DNA of 64,000 nucleotides from a virus: IMG/VR virus record IMGVR_UViG_3300017716_002931, positions 1-64,000 of that record; one strand, 5' to 3'. The translations under genes and the position numbers were made by a program. The notes beneath the pieces are model-generated. The model had not been told where the DNA came from. It worked only from the letters and a program-made list of their open reading frames with translations, and did no database searches. How positions within the stretch are numbered: position 1 is the first letter of the stretch; every line of letters starts with the position of its first letter. Shown one piece after another: positions 38,223 through 48,570 of this stretch.

Positions 38223-40307
38223 ATGAGCAAACCATTGTGTGTTATACAAGCACCAGTCTTTAGTCGTAGTGGATACGGAGATTGGTCAAAAGAAGTTGTC
38301 AAAAGCGTTATTCGATATGACAAGTTTGATGTACGAATCGCTGCAACAAAGTGGGGTGGAAACGTAATCAAACGTACCGATGAAGAATTGGATCCATCAG
38401 ATCCAATGAACAAGGTGTTGTTTGAAAAGACACTTCGAGAACCACTTAATAGACAACCAGACGTGTTTATTCAAATCTCCATTCCAAACGAATTCAATCC
38501 AATTGGCAAGTACAACATTGGTATGACAGCAGGAATTGAAACCACAGCTGCAGCGGGTGAGTGGATTGAAGGATTGAACCGTATGAACGTGAACATCGTC
38601 ACCTCAAAACATTCAAAAAAGGTGTTTGTTGAGGCGGATTATACCCGAGAATACAAAGACGGCAGCGGAAGAAAGGAACCACTGCGTTCAGAAAAACCAA
38701 TGGAAGTATGTTTCTGGGGTGCTAATACCAACGTATATAAACGCACCGACGAGAAGGTTGAGTCAATCGAAAAGATTATGTCAACCATTCCTGAGACGTT
38801 TGCGTTCTTGTTTGTTGGTCAGTGGACAAGTGCGGGTGCGTTTCACGATAGAAAAGATATTGGAAACCTAATAAAGACATTTCTAGAAACATTCAAGGAT
38901 CGTGATCAAAAACCGTGTTTGATTTTAAAGACGAGTGGAACAAATTTCTCAAAAATAGATCTCAACGAAACTCTCAACCGAATCAAGGTTGTAGAAACAA
39001 TGGTACAAGGAGATTTGCCAAAGGTATATTTGGTTCATGGTGAATTGAATGATGTAGAAATGAACGCACTCTATAACCATGAAAAAGTCAAGTGTCACAT
39101 ATCGTTCACGCACGGTGAAGGATTTGGTCACCCACTACTACTTGCCTCTTTGAGTGGAAAACCCGTTCTTGCACCAAACTGGAGTGGCCAGTTGGACTTT
39201 TTGTCGTCAGTTCCAGATAACCTTTTTCAAGGTAAACTTGAACAACTAAATCCGGCATCAGTAAACCAATGGTTGATCAAAGACTCTGCTTGGTTCGTAG
39301 TATCAAACGGACTCGCAGAAGATAAACTAAAACGAGCGTTTTTTGGTATGACTCAGAAGTCAAAAGACAAGTCAATTGAACTTGCTGAAAAAAACTCAAA
39401 AGACTTTTCGTTAGAATCGATGGACAAAGTTCTCCACGGAATTCTCGACACGTATGTTCCCGAGTTCGCTGTTGAACAAAAAATTGTGATTCCACGACTG
39501 ATATTACCAACTTCTAACTCACCATCACTCGAATTTTTACAAGAAATCATCACATATAATTTAAATCAACCAAAAATTAGGTTTGGCAGAGAACAAGATG
39601 GTGGATATGTGTTATCAAATTATAAACTGGATGAAATAGAATCGGTTTATAGTTTTGGTGTGGATTGTGAAATGGAAATGGAAAAACAATTTAATAAAAT
39701 TAATCCTAAAGCAAAAATACATTTATATGACCCAGCGGAAAAAATAGGATATTCTAGGTTCGATCATACCAAACACACAGAATTTCTAAAAAATCTACCA
39801 AGAGAATATTGTACATTTGAAAGTATCGGTGTATGTGCAGAAAAAAATTCTTCTGATGTATTAAAATCATTAAATTATTTAATTGATAAAAATGGAGATT
39901 CAAATAAGAAATTACTTCTTAAAATGGACATTGAAGGTGGTGAATTTGAAGTATTAAATGATGTAAAAAATGAAGTCTTAAACAAATTTCAACAGATGAC
40001 TATTGAATTTCATTTTGATTTATCTGGAAATGATTCAACGTTTTCCTTATATAGAAACGTATTCAAGAAATTGAATTCCATCTTTAATATATTTCATATT
40101 CATGCCAACAACTATGGAATGGTTAAAAATATAAACGGTTATGACATACCAAGTGTTATGGAAATAAGTTTTGCGAATAAATCACTATTCACAAACTCTG
40201 TTTTATCAAAAACATCAAACGAAGGAACTGAATATTTAGATTTTCCTAATAATGTGAATGCTCCCGAAATACAATTGGTGTCTTGGCCGTTTGTTAGAAA
40301 TGTATAA
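38223..40307 (+). CDS. GT4 glycosyltransferase fused to FkbM/Methyltransf_22-like domain
   Basis: SRSGYG, DRKD, HGEGFG.PL; then RFG...DGGY, YSFGV, LKMDIEGGE, QMTIEFH, HIHANN. Confidence 0.85.
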   Translation: MSKPLCVIQAPVFSRSGYGDWSKEVVKSVIRYDKFDVRIAATKWGGNVIKRTDEELDPSDPMNKVLFEKTLREPLNRQPDVFIQISIPNEFNPIGKYNIGMTAGIETTAAAGEWIEGLNRMNVNIVTSKHSKKVFVEADYTREYKDGSGRKEPLRSEKPMEVCFWGANTNVYKRTDEKVESIEKIMSTIPETFAFLFVGQWTSAGAFHDRKDIGNLIKTFLETFKDRDQKPCLILKTSGTNFSKIDLNETLNRIKVVETMVQGDLPKVYLVHGELNDVEMNALYNHEKVKCHISFTHGEGFGHPLLLASLSGKPVLAPNWSGQLDFLSSVPDNLFQGKLEQLNPASVNQWLIKDSAWFVVSNGLAEDKLKRAFFGMTQKSKDKSIELAEKNSKDFSLESMDKVLHGILDTYVPEFAVEQKIVIPRLILPTSNSPSLEFLQEIITYNLNQPKIRFGREQDGGYVLSNYKLDEIESVYSFGVDCEMEMEKQFNKINPKAKIHLYDPAEKIGYSRFDHTKHTEFLKNLPREYCTFESIGVCAEKNSSDVLKSLNYLIDKNGDSNKKLLLKMDIEGGEFEVLNDVKNEVLNKFQQMTIEFHFDLSGNDSTFSLYRNVFKKLNSIFNIFHIHANNYGMVKNINGYDIPSVMEISFANKSLFTNSVLSKTSNEGTEYLDFPNNVNAPEIQLVSWPFVRNV

Positions 40308-40309
40308 TC

Positions 40310-40969
40310 ATGAATAATTCCCCATTTATATCATTTTTAGTAACGTGTCATAACGAGGGTGAACAACTCCGTCGTTTGTTGAATCTTCTTACAAAATACA
40401 ACGATGGTAATGAGATAGTGATATTGGATGATTACTCTGATGACAAAGATACAGCGGACGTATTACATGAATATCAATCAGTTGTTGGTGTCAAATTGGT
40501 TGCGCATCATCTCGACAAAAACTACGGAGAACATAAAAATTACGGAAACTCTTATTGTAAAGGAAAATACATCTTTCAAATTGACGCAGATGAACTTCCC
40601 AACGAGGTTCTACTTGATAATCTAAAATCCATTCTAGAATCAAACTCTGCAACCGAGATGTTTTGGGTTTCCAGGGCAAATAACTTTGTTGGAATAACTC
40701 CACTGGATATTAAAACATGGGGATGGAGAGTCAATGATCGTAATCATGTAAACTGGCCTGATTATCAGTCTCGTATTTACAAAAATCTATCCCATATCAA
40801 ATGGGAGAGAAAATTGCACGAAACCATTATTGGAATGAAGAGTTTTGCAAAGTTACCTGCACAAGAAGAACTATCTTTATATCACGAAAAAACTATAGAG
40901 AAACAACGTAGTGATAACCAACGATACACAAAAGATTTTAACGTTAACGACAACATTAGGAAAAAATGA
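40310..40969 (+). CDS. GT2 glycosyltransferase
   Basis: ISFLVTCHNE, ILDDYS, FQIDADE. Confidence 0.88.
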   Translation: MNNSPFISFLVTCHNEGEQLRRLLNLLTKYNDGNEIVILDDYSDDKDTADVLHEYQSVVGVKLVAHHLDKNYGEHKNYGNSYCKGKYIFQIDADELPNEVLLDNLKSILESNSATEMFWVSRANNFVGITPLDIKTWGWRVNDRNHVNWPDYQSRIYKNLSHIKWERKLHETIIGMKSFAKLPAQEELSLYHEKTIEKQRSDNQRYTKDFNVNDNIRKK

Positions 40970-41781
40970 TTACATGTGATATAGGACCACACGGTAGATT
41001 GGGAAACCAAATGTTTCAATATGCATCATTGTTGGGCATTGCAACAAAACAAGGGTTGGAATATGGAATTGATTACAATCTCGGAGATAATCTATCTTGG
41101 AGAGAAAATGCAATAGAACAATGCTCTCAAAAATTGACACTTGATAAGTGTTTTGATCTTTCCGCTAAACACTCAACGCCACCCTCCAAAACCATATATG
41201 AAGGGGCAGATGAGTATCATTTTCAAGAAAAGTTCTTTCATACAGGTGATGATGTAAAGATTCGTGGGTATTTTCAAACCAACAAGTATTTTGATCACAT
41301 TGAAGATCAAATACGATCTGAATTCAAATTCAAACAAGATATCGTAGATGAATCGTCACACTTTTTGTCTTCAAAAAGACAAAACGAGTTGGTGTCTGTA
41401 CACGTTAGACGAGGTGATTATCTACAATACACATGGCACGGAGTTTGTTCAAATCAGTATTATGGAAACGCATTGTCATCTCACTTCAGTGATAAATCGT
41501 ACAACTTTGTTGTTTTGACTGATGACATTCCTTGGGCAAAAACAACGTTTTCTGGCAGTGAAAATATCTTTATATCAGAGACGCAAAATCAATATGTTGA
41601 TCTATGTATAATGATGTTATGTGATCATCACGTTATATCAAACAGTTCTTTTAGTTGGTGGGGAAGTTGGTTGAATCGTTCAAAAAATAAAAAAATCGTG
41701 GCACCTTCGACTTGGTTTAGAGAGCAACTTAAATCCTTAGATACCAAAGATTTATATCAACCCAATTGGATTATAATATGA
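40966..41781 (+). CDS. GT11 alpha-1,2-fucosyltransferase-like
   Basis: GRLGNQMFQYA, GYFQ..KYF, VHVRRGDY, NSSFSWW. Confidence 0.92.
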   Translation: MITCDIGPHGRLGNQMFQYASLLGIATKQGLEYGIDYNLGDNLSWRENAIEQCSQKLTLDKCFDLSAKHSTPPSKTIYEGADEYHFQEKFFHTGDDVKIRGYFQTNKYFDHIEDQIRSEFKFKQDIVDESSHFLSSKRQNELVSVHVRRGDYLQYTWHGVCSNQYYGNALSSHFSDKSYNFVVLTDDIPWAKTTFSGSENIFISETQNQYVDLCIMMLCDHHVISNSSFSWWGSWLNRSKNKKIVAPSTWFREQLKSLDTKDLYQPNWIII

Positions 41782-42782
41782 AATCGTATAACGTAAACAA
41801 ACTATATAGTGACCTGAAAATATCATCAAAAAATATGGAATCTCCCATGGAAAAACAATGGAGACGAAACGCCGATCCGTCTCTTCTTAAAAAACTTCAA
41901 GAAAATACACTTGACGTGAAAGAAATATCTGTTTTACCTACACCTAACGTCGGAGAAATATCTGTTTCGACGATACACTCTACCACCGGTGGAAAAGTAA
42001 ATCTAAGAGATGTGACATTTATCATTCCAATCAAAATTGACAACAACGACCGATTGGAAAACTTCTACACCACGTTTGAATATTTAACTCAAAACCTAGA
42101 TACCAACATCATTATTTATGAAGCAGATTCAAAATCACAGATTGGAGATAAGTTAAATGGTAAAGTAACCTACATTTTTGAAAAAAATGATGGGCCGATA
42201 TTCCACAGAACTAGATACTTGAACCATATGTTGAATATGGTCAACACGCCTGTAACCGTTAACTATGACATCGATGTTCTTTTGCCAATTGATTCGTATG
42301 TAACGGCTAGAGATCGTATTATTAAAGATGAACTAGAGTTGGTGTATCCATATTGTTATGGTAATTGTCAACACAGAGTTAACCATAACGGCCGTAATAG
42401 TGTAAAAAATGGAAAATCTCTTGAAAACTTAGAAAATTCAGACTTTCAGGAAAAATCATTTTTGAGTTGGTATGGTCATTGTCAGTTTTTTAACACCGAT
42501 GTATACAAGAAATATGGTTGGGAAAATGAATACTTCATATCATATGGTCCAGAAGATTTAGAACGGTATCACAGATTTGTTAAACTAGATCGTAAAGTAG
42601 AACATTTGGATGGACGTATTGTTTATCATCTAGAACATGAACGTGGAAACAACTCGTCATCACAAAATCCATACTTTTCTCAAAACCATAAGTTGTTCGG
42701 TACGCTACAATCGTTTACCAAAACGCAGTTGATCGACTACTATAATTCAGTGGAATACATCTCGAAATATATTACTCTATGA
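41778..42782 (+). CDS. GT2/GT7C galactosyltransferase-like
   Basis: TFIIPIKID..DR, NYDIDV, WENEYFISYGPED, YHLEH. Confidence 0.8.
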   Translation: MKSYNVNKLYSDLKISSKNMESPMEKQWRRNADPSLLKKLQENTLDVKEISVLPTPNVGEISVSTIHSTTGGKVNLRDVTFIIPIKIDNNDRLENFYTTFEYLTQNLDTNIIIYEADSKSQIGDKLNGKVTYIFEKNDGPIFHRTRYLNHMLNMVNTPVTVNYDIDVLLPIDSYVTARDRIIKDELELVYPYCYGNCQHRVNHNGRNSVKNGKSLENLENSDFQEKSFLSWYGHCQFFNTDVYKKYGWENEYFISYGPEDLERYHRFVKLDRKVEHLDGRIVYHLEHERGNNSSSQNPYFSQNHKLFGTLQSFTKTQLIDYYNSVEYISKYITL

Positions 42783-43453
42783 ATATTAATTTTGTTACAT
42801 TTTCAAATTACAAATATACATCACAACAACAAAAACTCAATGAGTTTGCAAAAACATTGGGATTGAACTGCTTTCCGTATACATTCGACGAAATAAAATC
42901 CACCGACTTTTATCTGTCACATTCAAAAATCCTTGATAGAGAAAAAGGCAGTGGATTTTGTCTTTGGAAACCGTACATCATACTTGAAACACTGAAAAAA
43001 ATAGGCAACAATGAAATTTTGTTTTATATAGACAGTGCAGACATCTTTACAAAAGATGCATTAGAAATCATAGAGAAGGAACTTACATCAAAATCTATGT
43101 GCTTTCTACAAGGAGGATATCAGAATCAAATGTATACAAAACGTGATACGTTTCATTACATGGGATGTGATTACGATAAATATTGGAAGGCAAATCAATG
43201 TGAAGCGGGCGTGTTGGCCGTAAAAAACAATAACCACACCATCGATTTTGTATCTGAATGGTTTGAATATTGCAAAGATGAAAGAATCATAACAGATGAT
43301 CCAAACACTTGCGGTCTACCCAACTTACCAATATACGTAGATCACAGATACGATCAAAGTATTTTGTCTAATTTAATCGTTAACCACAACCAACTATATT
43401 TTCACAATGGCATTCGTAATTATATTAGATGTAACGTAAACAATTGTGACTAA
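42779..43453 (+). CDS. Putative GT-A glycosyltransferase
   Basis: GFCLWKPYII, FYIDS, YTKRD, DHRYDQSILS. Confidence 0.7.
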   Translation: MNINFVTFSNYKYTSQQQKLNEFAKTLGLNCFPYTFDEIKSTDFYLSHSKILDREKGSGFCLWKPYIILETLKKIGNNEILFYIDSADIFTKDALEIIEKELTSKSMCFLQGGYQNQMYTKRDTFHYMGCDYDKYWKANQCEAGVLAVKNNNHTIDFVSEWFEYCKDERIITDDPNTCGLPNLPIYVDHRYDQSILSNLIVNHNQLYFHNGIRNYIRCNVNNCD

Positions 43454-43458
43454 CAACT

Positions 43459-44268
43459 ATGATTAGCGTAAATTTAACTGTGCACAACAAAGCATTTCTT
43501 TTAGAAAGAGTTTTAGAAGGAATTAAAATAAATACTGTTGGATCATATGAATTGGTCGTGGTTCTTGATGGGTGTACGGATGAATCAGAACTCATTCTTG
43601 ACAACTTCATTGCGTCAAATCATTCAATACACATAAAGAAGTTCTATGCACCCAATGTATTTGAAACCAAATCAAACAACATTGCTGCAAGAAACAGCGA
43701 GGGCGATCATATCATTATTGTTCAAGACGACATGATAGTTAAAGAACACGGATGGAATGTCAGAATGTTGAAGCCAATACAAGCATTCAGTGATGTTTTT
43801 GCTGTTACGTCTAGAACCGCCCACAATTGGATATTAAACCCAAATTCAAAAGACGTTAACAAAGATGACTTTCATGGAAATGGTTGGGCAGACATTCTGT
43901 TTCATATGGATCACGCTGATAGAAACAACATAAACCGTGAGACTTTTGCTCTACGAGATTCAGTGAATAGAGGTCCGTTGTTGTTGAAACATAATGTGTT
44001 ACAAGAGTTGGATTATTTTGACGAAGAATTTTCTCCACAAGACATGGACGATCACGATCTGTGTTATAGAGCTTTTAAAAAAGGTTATAAATCCGGTTGT
44101 TATTGGATAGATTTTGAATCTCAAGATTCTTGGGGTGGAACAAGAGAAAATAACAAACCAAGGAAGTGGTTGTTGATGTCAAATTTCAAGAACAGCAAAA
44201 TTCTTCTATCCAGACACAGAGATTTAATCTGTGGATCAAAACGCAATCAAAACTTACATCTTCCATGA
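43459..44268 (+). CDS. GT2 glycosyltransferase
   Basis: VVLDGCTD, IIVQDD, YFDEEF....DDHDLCYRA. Confidence 0.85.
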   Translation: MISVNLTVHNKAFLLERVLEGIKINTVGSYELVVVLDGCTDESELILDNFIASNHSIHIKKFYAPNVFETKSNNIAARNSEGDHIIIVQDDMIVKEHGWNVRMLKPIQAFSDVFAVTSRTAHNWILNPNSKDVNKDDFHGNGWADILFHMDHADRNNINRETFALRDSVNRGPLLLKHNVLQELDYFDEEFSPQDMDDHDLCYRAFKKGYKSGCYWIDFESQDSWGGTRENNKPRKWLLMSNFKNSKILLSRHRDLICGSKRNQNLHLP

Positions 44269-44873
44269 AATTTTCAGATACATTCAAACAACAATATTAT
44301 CCTCAGATGTTCAGACCTGCACATCCTGCAAATCCAATTCGTAATAGAGGAGACAATTTTCAGTTCGTATTTGAGTATTTGGAGAAAATCAAAAATCCCG
44401 TTATACTTGAAACTGGAGTTATGCGTTCAGATCACGGAGACATGGCATTTGGCGATGATGGATGTAGTTCATTTTTGTTTGATCAGTTCATAAATGTTCA
44501 TGGTGGATTTTTTACATCTGTTGATATCAATGAAAACAATTGTCGTCATGCTAGATCAAAAGTAAGCAACAGATCAACTATAGTGTGTTCTGACTCCATA
44601 CCGTTTCTGTGGAATTACAAAGAAAAAGTTGATATGGTATATCTCGATTCATTCGATCTTGATTTAAAAAATCCAAATCCATCACAAATTCATCATCTCA
44701 AAGAATTATGCGCAATAGTTAAAAACCTACAGAGTCACACTTTGATTGTAATTGATGATCACATGACCCGAGATAATATGGGAAAAGGGTATCTGATCAA
44801 AGAATTTATGGCACAAATAGGAAAAACTCCTATTTTTGAAAACTACCAACTTGGTTTTATTTTTGGAGACTAA
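44265..44873 (+). CDS. Class I SAM-dependent methyltransferase (start re-called to 44265)
   Basis: ILETG, SVDI, CSDS..FL, DMVYLDSFD, IVIDD. Confidence 0.8.
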   Translation: MKFSDTFKQQYYPQMFRPAHPANPIRNRGDNFQFVFEYLEKIKNPVILETGVMRSDHGDMAFGDDGCSSFLFDQFINVHGGFFTSVDINENNCRHARSKVSNRSTIVCSDSIPFLWNYKEKVDMVYLDSFDLDLKNPNPSQIHHLKELCAIVKNLQSHTLIVIDDHMTRDNMGKGYLIKEFMAQIGKTPIFENYQLGFIFGD

Positions 44874-44880
44874 CACTTTT

Positions 44881-44941
44881 ATGGAAAACATTGAGATATA
44901 CCATGAGTGATTTGCTTCAGTATTGGTTAAACAAAATATAA
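44881..44941 (+). pseudogene. Collapsed remnant: gene start plus SDR-like C-terminus
   Basis: MENIEIYHE* overlapped by (T)MSDLLQYWLNKI*, which ends in a TAATG junction with the next gene. Confidence 0.4.
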
Positions 44942-45648
44942 TGACGCACGGCATAAAATCTTTTTTTGGAGGATTAGGAGACACGCTTCAATTCTCTACG
45001 TTACCTGAAATGTTTCACGAACAAGGCCATGATGTTTTTCTCACAGACGATGCCCCGTTCAGAAGTCCGCATACACGTTCACTGGTTTGGGATCTAAATC
45101 CATACGTTAAAGGCCAATCAAACGTGCCTTGGACCTTAGGCGACATTCCAGGCCGTGTATATGAGAATAGATTCGATGACTTCATAAAGAATTGGGAATA
45201 CGTTCATGGACTCATCCCCAAAAATAGCTTTCCAAAGATATACTACACACCAAAAAATGACATATCCAACATAGATACGTTAATTGATCTTGGATCCATA
45301 ACAGTGAGTTATGATTTACCAAAAGTTGTAAACTATATCAAATCCACTTATTCAAACATAAAACTAGTAATCAATCCTCATTCTTCGATTGATACGTTTG
45401 GATTTCAAACAATAGAAGCAGATACGTTAACCAAATATGTTGATCTGATTAACTGTTGTAAAACCTTTGTATCTTTGAGTTCGGGGCCACATATGCTTGC
45501 TGGTTCGATTCGTCACGTCAATACTAACTTCAACCAAGTATGTATAATGTCGTCACATAAATGTCCACATTCAAATGAAAATTGGTATAATTATCAAATG
45601 AGCAGAAAATTCTTTGTTCTTCCTTTAGTAAATTACATAAAAATATGA
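44941..45648 (+). CDS. GT9-like putative glycosyltransferase
   Basis: GGLGDTLQFS...NPYV; FVSLSSGPHMLA. Confidence 0.6.
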   Translation: MTHGIKSFFGGLGDTLQFSTLPEMFHEQGHDVFLTDDAPFRSPHTRSLVWDLNPYVKGQSNVPWTLGDIPGRVYENRFDDFIKNWEYVHGLIPKNSFPKIYYTPKNDISNIDTLIDLGSITVSYDLPKVVNYIKSTYSNIKLVINPHSSIDTFGFQTIEADTLTKYVDLINCCKTFVSLSSGPHMLAGSIRHVNTNFNQVCIMSSHKCPHSNENWYNYQMSRKFFVLPLVNYIKI

Positions 45649-46631
45649 GTCACTATACTATGAATATTTCAGTAACCGGCGATGTAGATGGATGTCGGTA
45701 TGACAAAAACAAAATGCTTGGGTTTATCGATGCATTTTCAAATGTACCTAATGTAAATTTTAGCTACATAAAACCTCACTTGAGTCATAACATCCCAAAA
45801 AATAAACAGATGGATATATTGTTTGGAGAATCGGGTGATTTCGATAAAATTTCATATGATGGAATCAAAAATGCGTTCATATGGGCGCTGATTGATGTTG
45901 AAAGTCTGGCAAAGAACAATCCTAACACAAACTTTTACATGTGTTCGAAAAGCATATTGCATGATTGGGACGTAATTGATGAATATTTGAGATTGGGGTT
46001 TTCGCCAAACTACCTACAATGGGGATTGGAAAATGTAAATGTTGTTGATTTCAAGAAGAAAATTCAAGATTCTAAAAAGATTTCTAATGATACCTATCAG
46101 TTATCTGACAATTTCTATTATATGTATCTTCCATGTTGTTTGGCTCAATCTACTATCAGACAATCAATCCCAAAAGATATAGATATCACGTACTTCGGAA
46201 CTCTTCACAATAGACCAAACGTAGTACACATGCTCAAAGTTCTTGAAAGTTCCGGCCTAAATGTTTCATACAACAAAAACGGTTATATCAGTCCAGAAGA
46301 ATGTATAAGTTGTTATAATCGTTCGATTGTCACTCTCCACGAAAATGTTGGTCCGGTTTATTTGGATTTTACAGTTAGATGTGGTGAGGCTCCAATGTGC
46401 AATTCAAAAATCTTCATGCTCAATAGAATAAGTGGAATGAAAGACTTTGCCAAGAAGCATGAAACTGTACCTGAGTGTGAGTCATTTGACAATGTAGATC
46501 ATATGATTTTCTCTATAAAATCATACATCCAAGACTATAAGAATGGAATAAATCAATACGTAAACGAAAAACCCAATACATATAGACATTATGCAAATAT
46601 GGTAGTCGATTTATGCAAACAAAAACAGTAA
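45645..46631 (+). CDS. GT-B (CgeB-like) putative glycosyltransferase
   Basis: DIDITYFGT....R, YNRS.VTLH, R..EAPMC. Confidence 0.55.
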   Translation: MSHYTMNISVTGDVDGCRYDKNKMLGFIDAFSNVPNVNFSYIKPHLSHNIPKNKQMDILFGESGDFDKISYDGIKNAFIWALIDVESLAKNNPNTNFYMCSKSILHDWDVIDEYLRLGFSPNYLQWGLENVNVVDFKKKIQDSKKISNDTYQLSDNFYYMYLPCCLAQSTIRQSIPKDIDITYFGTLHNRPNVVHMLKVLESSGLNVSYNKNGYISPEECISCYNRSIVTLHENVGPVYLDFTVRCGEAPMCNSKIFMLNRISGMKDFAKKHETVPECESFDNVDHMIFSIKSYIQDYKNGINQYVNEKPNTYRHYANMVVDLCKQKQ

Positions 46632-47614
46632 AAATTGTTGGATGTGGACTTGCTGGCGCTACAGCAGCTGCAGTTTTAAAAGAAAAGGGGTATCGTACAA
46701 TTATTTTTGAGAGCCGTAGTCATATAGGCGGTAATTGTTATGATTGTAATGTTAACGGTGTAATGTTGCATAATTACGGTCCTCATATCTTTCACACAAA
46801 CAACGATGAAGCGTTCAACTTTCTATCCAACTATACGGAGTGGATTCCATTTGAAGTCAAGCCAAAAGGCAAGACAAAGTTAGGCACTATATCTCTTCCG
46901 TATAGTAAAAAAACAAGAAAAGAATTGGGGCGAGATTTGACTTTTGAAGAGTTGGCTGATTTGATATACAAAGACTATTCTGAAAAACAGTGGGGTATAC
47001 CATATGAAAATCTACCAAAGTCTATAATCAGCAAACTCCCAAATACGTCCGACCTAGAAGATCCTACATGGTTTGGAACTCAAAAGCATCAGTGTCTACC
47101 AAAAAAAGGATACACTGCAATGTTTGAAAACATGCTTGATGGAATTGAAGTCAAACTTAACTGTTCTAAAAATGATTGGATAGATTATCCGGCAGATCTA
47201 ACAATTTATACTGGTCGAATAGACGAATACTTTAAGTTCTGTTTCGGCAAACTTCCTTATAGATCTTTGAAGTTCAAACACGAAGTCACCAGTGAAAAAA
47301 TGCCACACTTTTTAGAAAATTCAAATACCCACGAAAATCAGTATACCAGAAAATACGATCATAGTTATTTTACGCCTGGTCATAATGGAATTACTGTAAT
47401 TACAGAAGAATATCCTATTACATGTGGTGACAATGACATTCCATATTATCCGTTGTCTTTTAACGGCGGACCAGAACTGTATCAAAAGTATAAAGAGTTG
47501 ACACAACAAGAAAAAGACGTTATATTTACGGGAACTTTAGCAACATATGCGTATTTGGATATGGCTTTGGTAGTTGGCCAGGTATTGTCCAAACTTAAAA
47601 ACGTAACTTTGTGA
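46613..47614 (+). CDS. glf: Divergent UDP-galactopyranose mutase-like flavoprotein
   Basis: GCGLAG, IGGNCYD, H.YGPHIFHT, YSEKQWG, LPYRSL, PYYP, Y.YLDM. Confidence 0.85.
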   Translation: MQTKTVKIVGCGLAGATAAAVLKEKGYRTIIFESRSHIGGNCYDCNVNGVMLHNYGPHIFHTNNDEAFNFLSNYTEWIPFEVKPKGKTKLGTISLPYSKKTRKELGRDLTFEELADLIYKDYSEKQWGIPYENLPKSIISKLPNTSDLEDPTWFGTQKHQCLPKKGYTAMFENMLDGIEVKLNCSKNDWIDYPADLTIYTGRIDEYFKFCFGKLPYRSLKFKHEVTSEKMPHFLENSNTHENQYTRKYDHSYFTPGHNGITVITEEYPITCGDNDIPYYPLSFNGGPELYQKYKELTQQEKDVIFTGTLATYAYLDMALVVGQVLSKLKNVTL

Positions 47615-47630
47615 TTGAGAATAAAACAAC

Positions 47631-48569
47631 ATGACTAGTATCAAAAACAAAAAAATCTTCATCACCGGTGGCGCGGGTTATCTCGGAAAAGAGTTAATAA
47701 AATATTTCTATTCGGACAACCAAATAACCATATATTCGCGGGACGAAGCTAAACACTACTTCTTAAAAAAACAATACCCAAACCTAAATTGTGTAATAGG
47801 TGACGTGAGAAATTATGAATTGTTAAAGAGGTCATCCAAAAACAACGATGTAGGTATTTTTGCAGCATCTCTAAAACAAATCGAAGCATGTCATAACAAT
47901 TATGAAGAGGCAGAAGAAGTAATTGTTAAAGGAGCATTTAATAGTAGAAAAATATCTGAAGACCATAGTTTTGAATCGGCATGTTTTATTTCCAGTGATA
48001 AAAGTAGATCGGCTACAACCATTTACGGTGCCATGAAGTACGTGGCTGGAGAATCTTTTATATCCGGCACTTCAAACGTTTTGTTATCAACGGCTATTTA
48101 TGGTAATATAGTGAATAGCACCGGAAGTATACTACCATTGATATGGAACAGTATAAACAATAAACTACCCATCACTTTGTATGATCCTGAGATGACTAGG
48201 TTTCTCCTAACAATAGGAGACGCCGTGTCAGTTGTGGAAAAGTCACTGAAGTATACGAATGTAAATGTGATTCCTGTTGCTAAAAGTTTCTTTATATCAG
48301 ATCTATTTGATATCTTCAAAGACAAGTATGGATTAAAATTCAACATTTCTAAACCAAGAAGTGGTGAAAAGATCCATGAAATCATGGCGTCAAGTGAGGA
48401 AATTCCAAGAATGGAGTTTATAGAAAAAGATGACATCTATCTATTACACCAAGAAAAAACTTTTTGTAAACCAAGTTTTCCCAACAACGAATACTCATCG
48501 AGAGACAATTGTCTTTCAAAGAAAGACCTCGACCGGTTTTTGAAAACCCACAACTATTTTAAGCCATAA
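47631..48569 (+). CDS. UDP-GlcNAc 4,6-dehydratase-like (PseB/FnlA family)
   Basis: TGGAGYLG, YSRDE, GDVR, ISSDK, YGAMK, YGN..NS.GS, MTRF, GEKIHE. Confidence 0.85.
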   Translation: MTSIKNKKIFITGGAGYLGKELIKYFYSDNQITIYSRDEAKHYFLKKQYPNLNCVIGDVRNYELLKRSSKNNDVGIFAASLKQIEACHNNYEEAEEVIVKGAFNSRKISEDHSFESACFISSDKSRSATTIYGAMKYVAGESFISGTSNVLLSTAIYGNIVNSTGSILPLIWNSINNKLPITLYDPEMTRFLLTIGDAVSVVEKSLKYTNVNVIPVAKSFFISDLFDIFKDKYGLKFNISKPRSGEKIHEIMASSEEIPRMEFIEKDDIYLLHQEKTFCKPSFPNNEYSSRDNCLSKKDLDRFLKTHNYFKP

Positions 48570-48570
48570 T

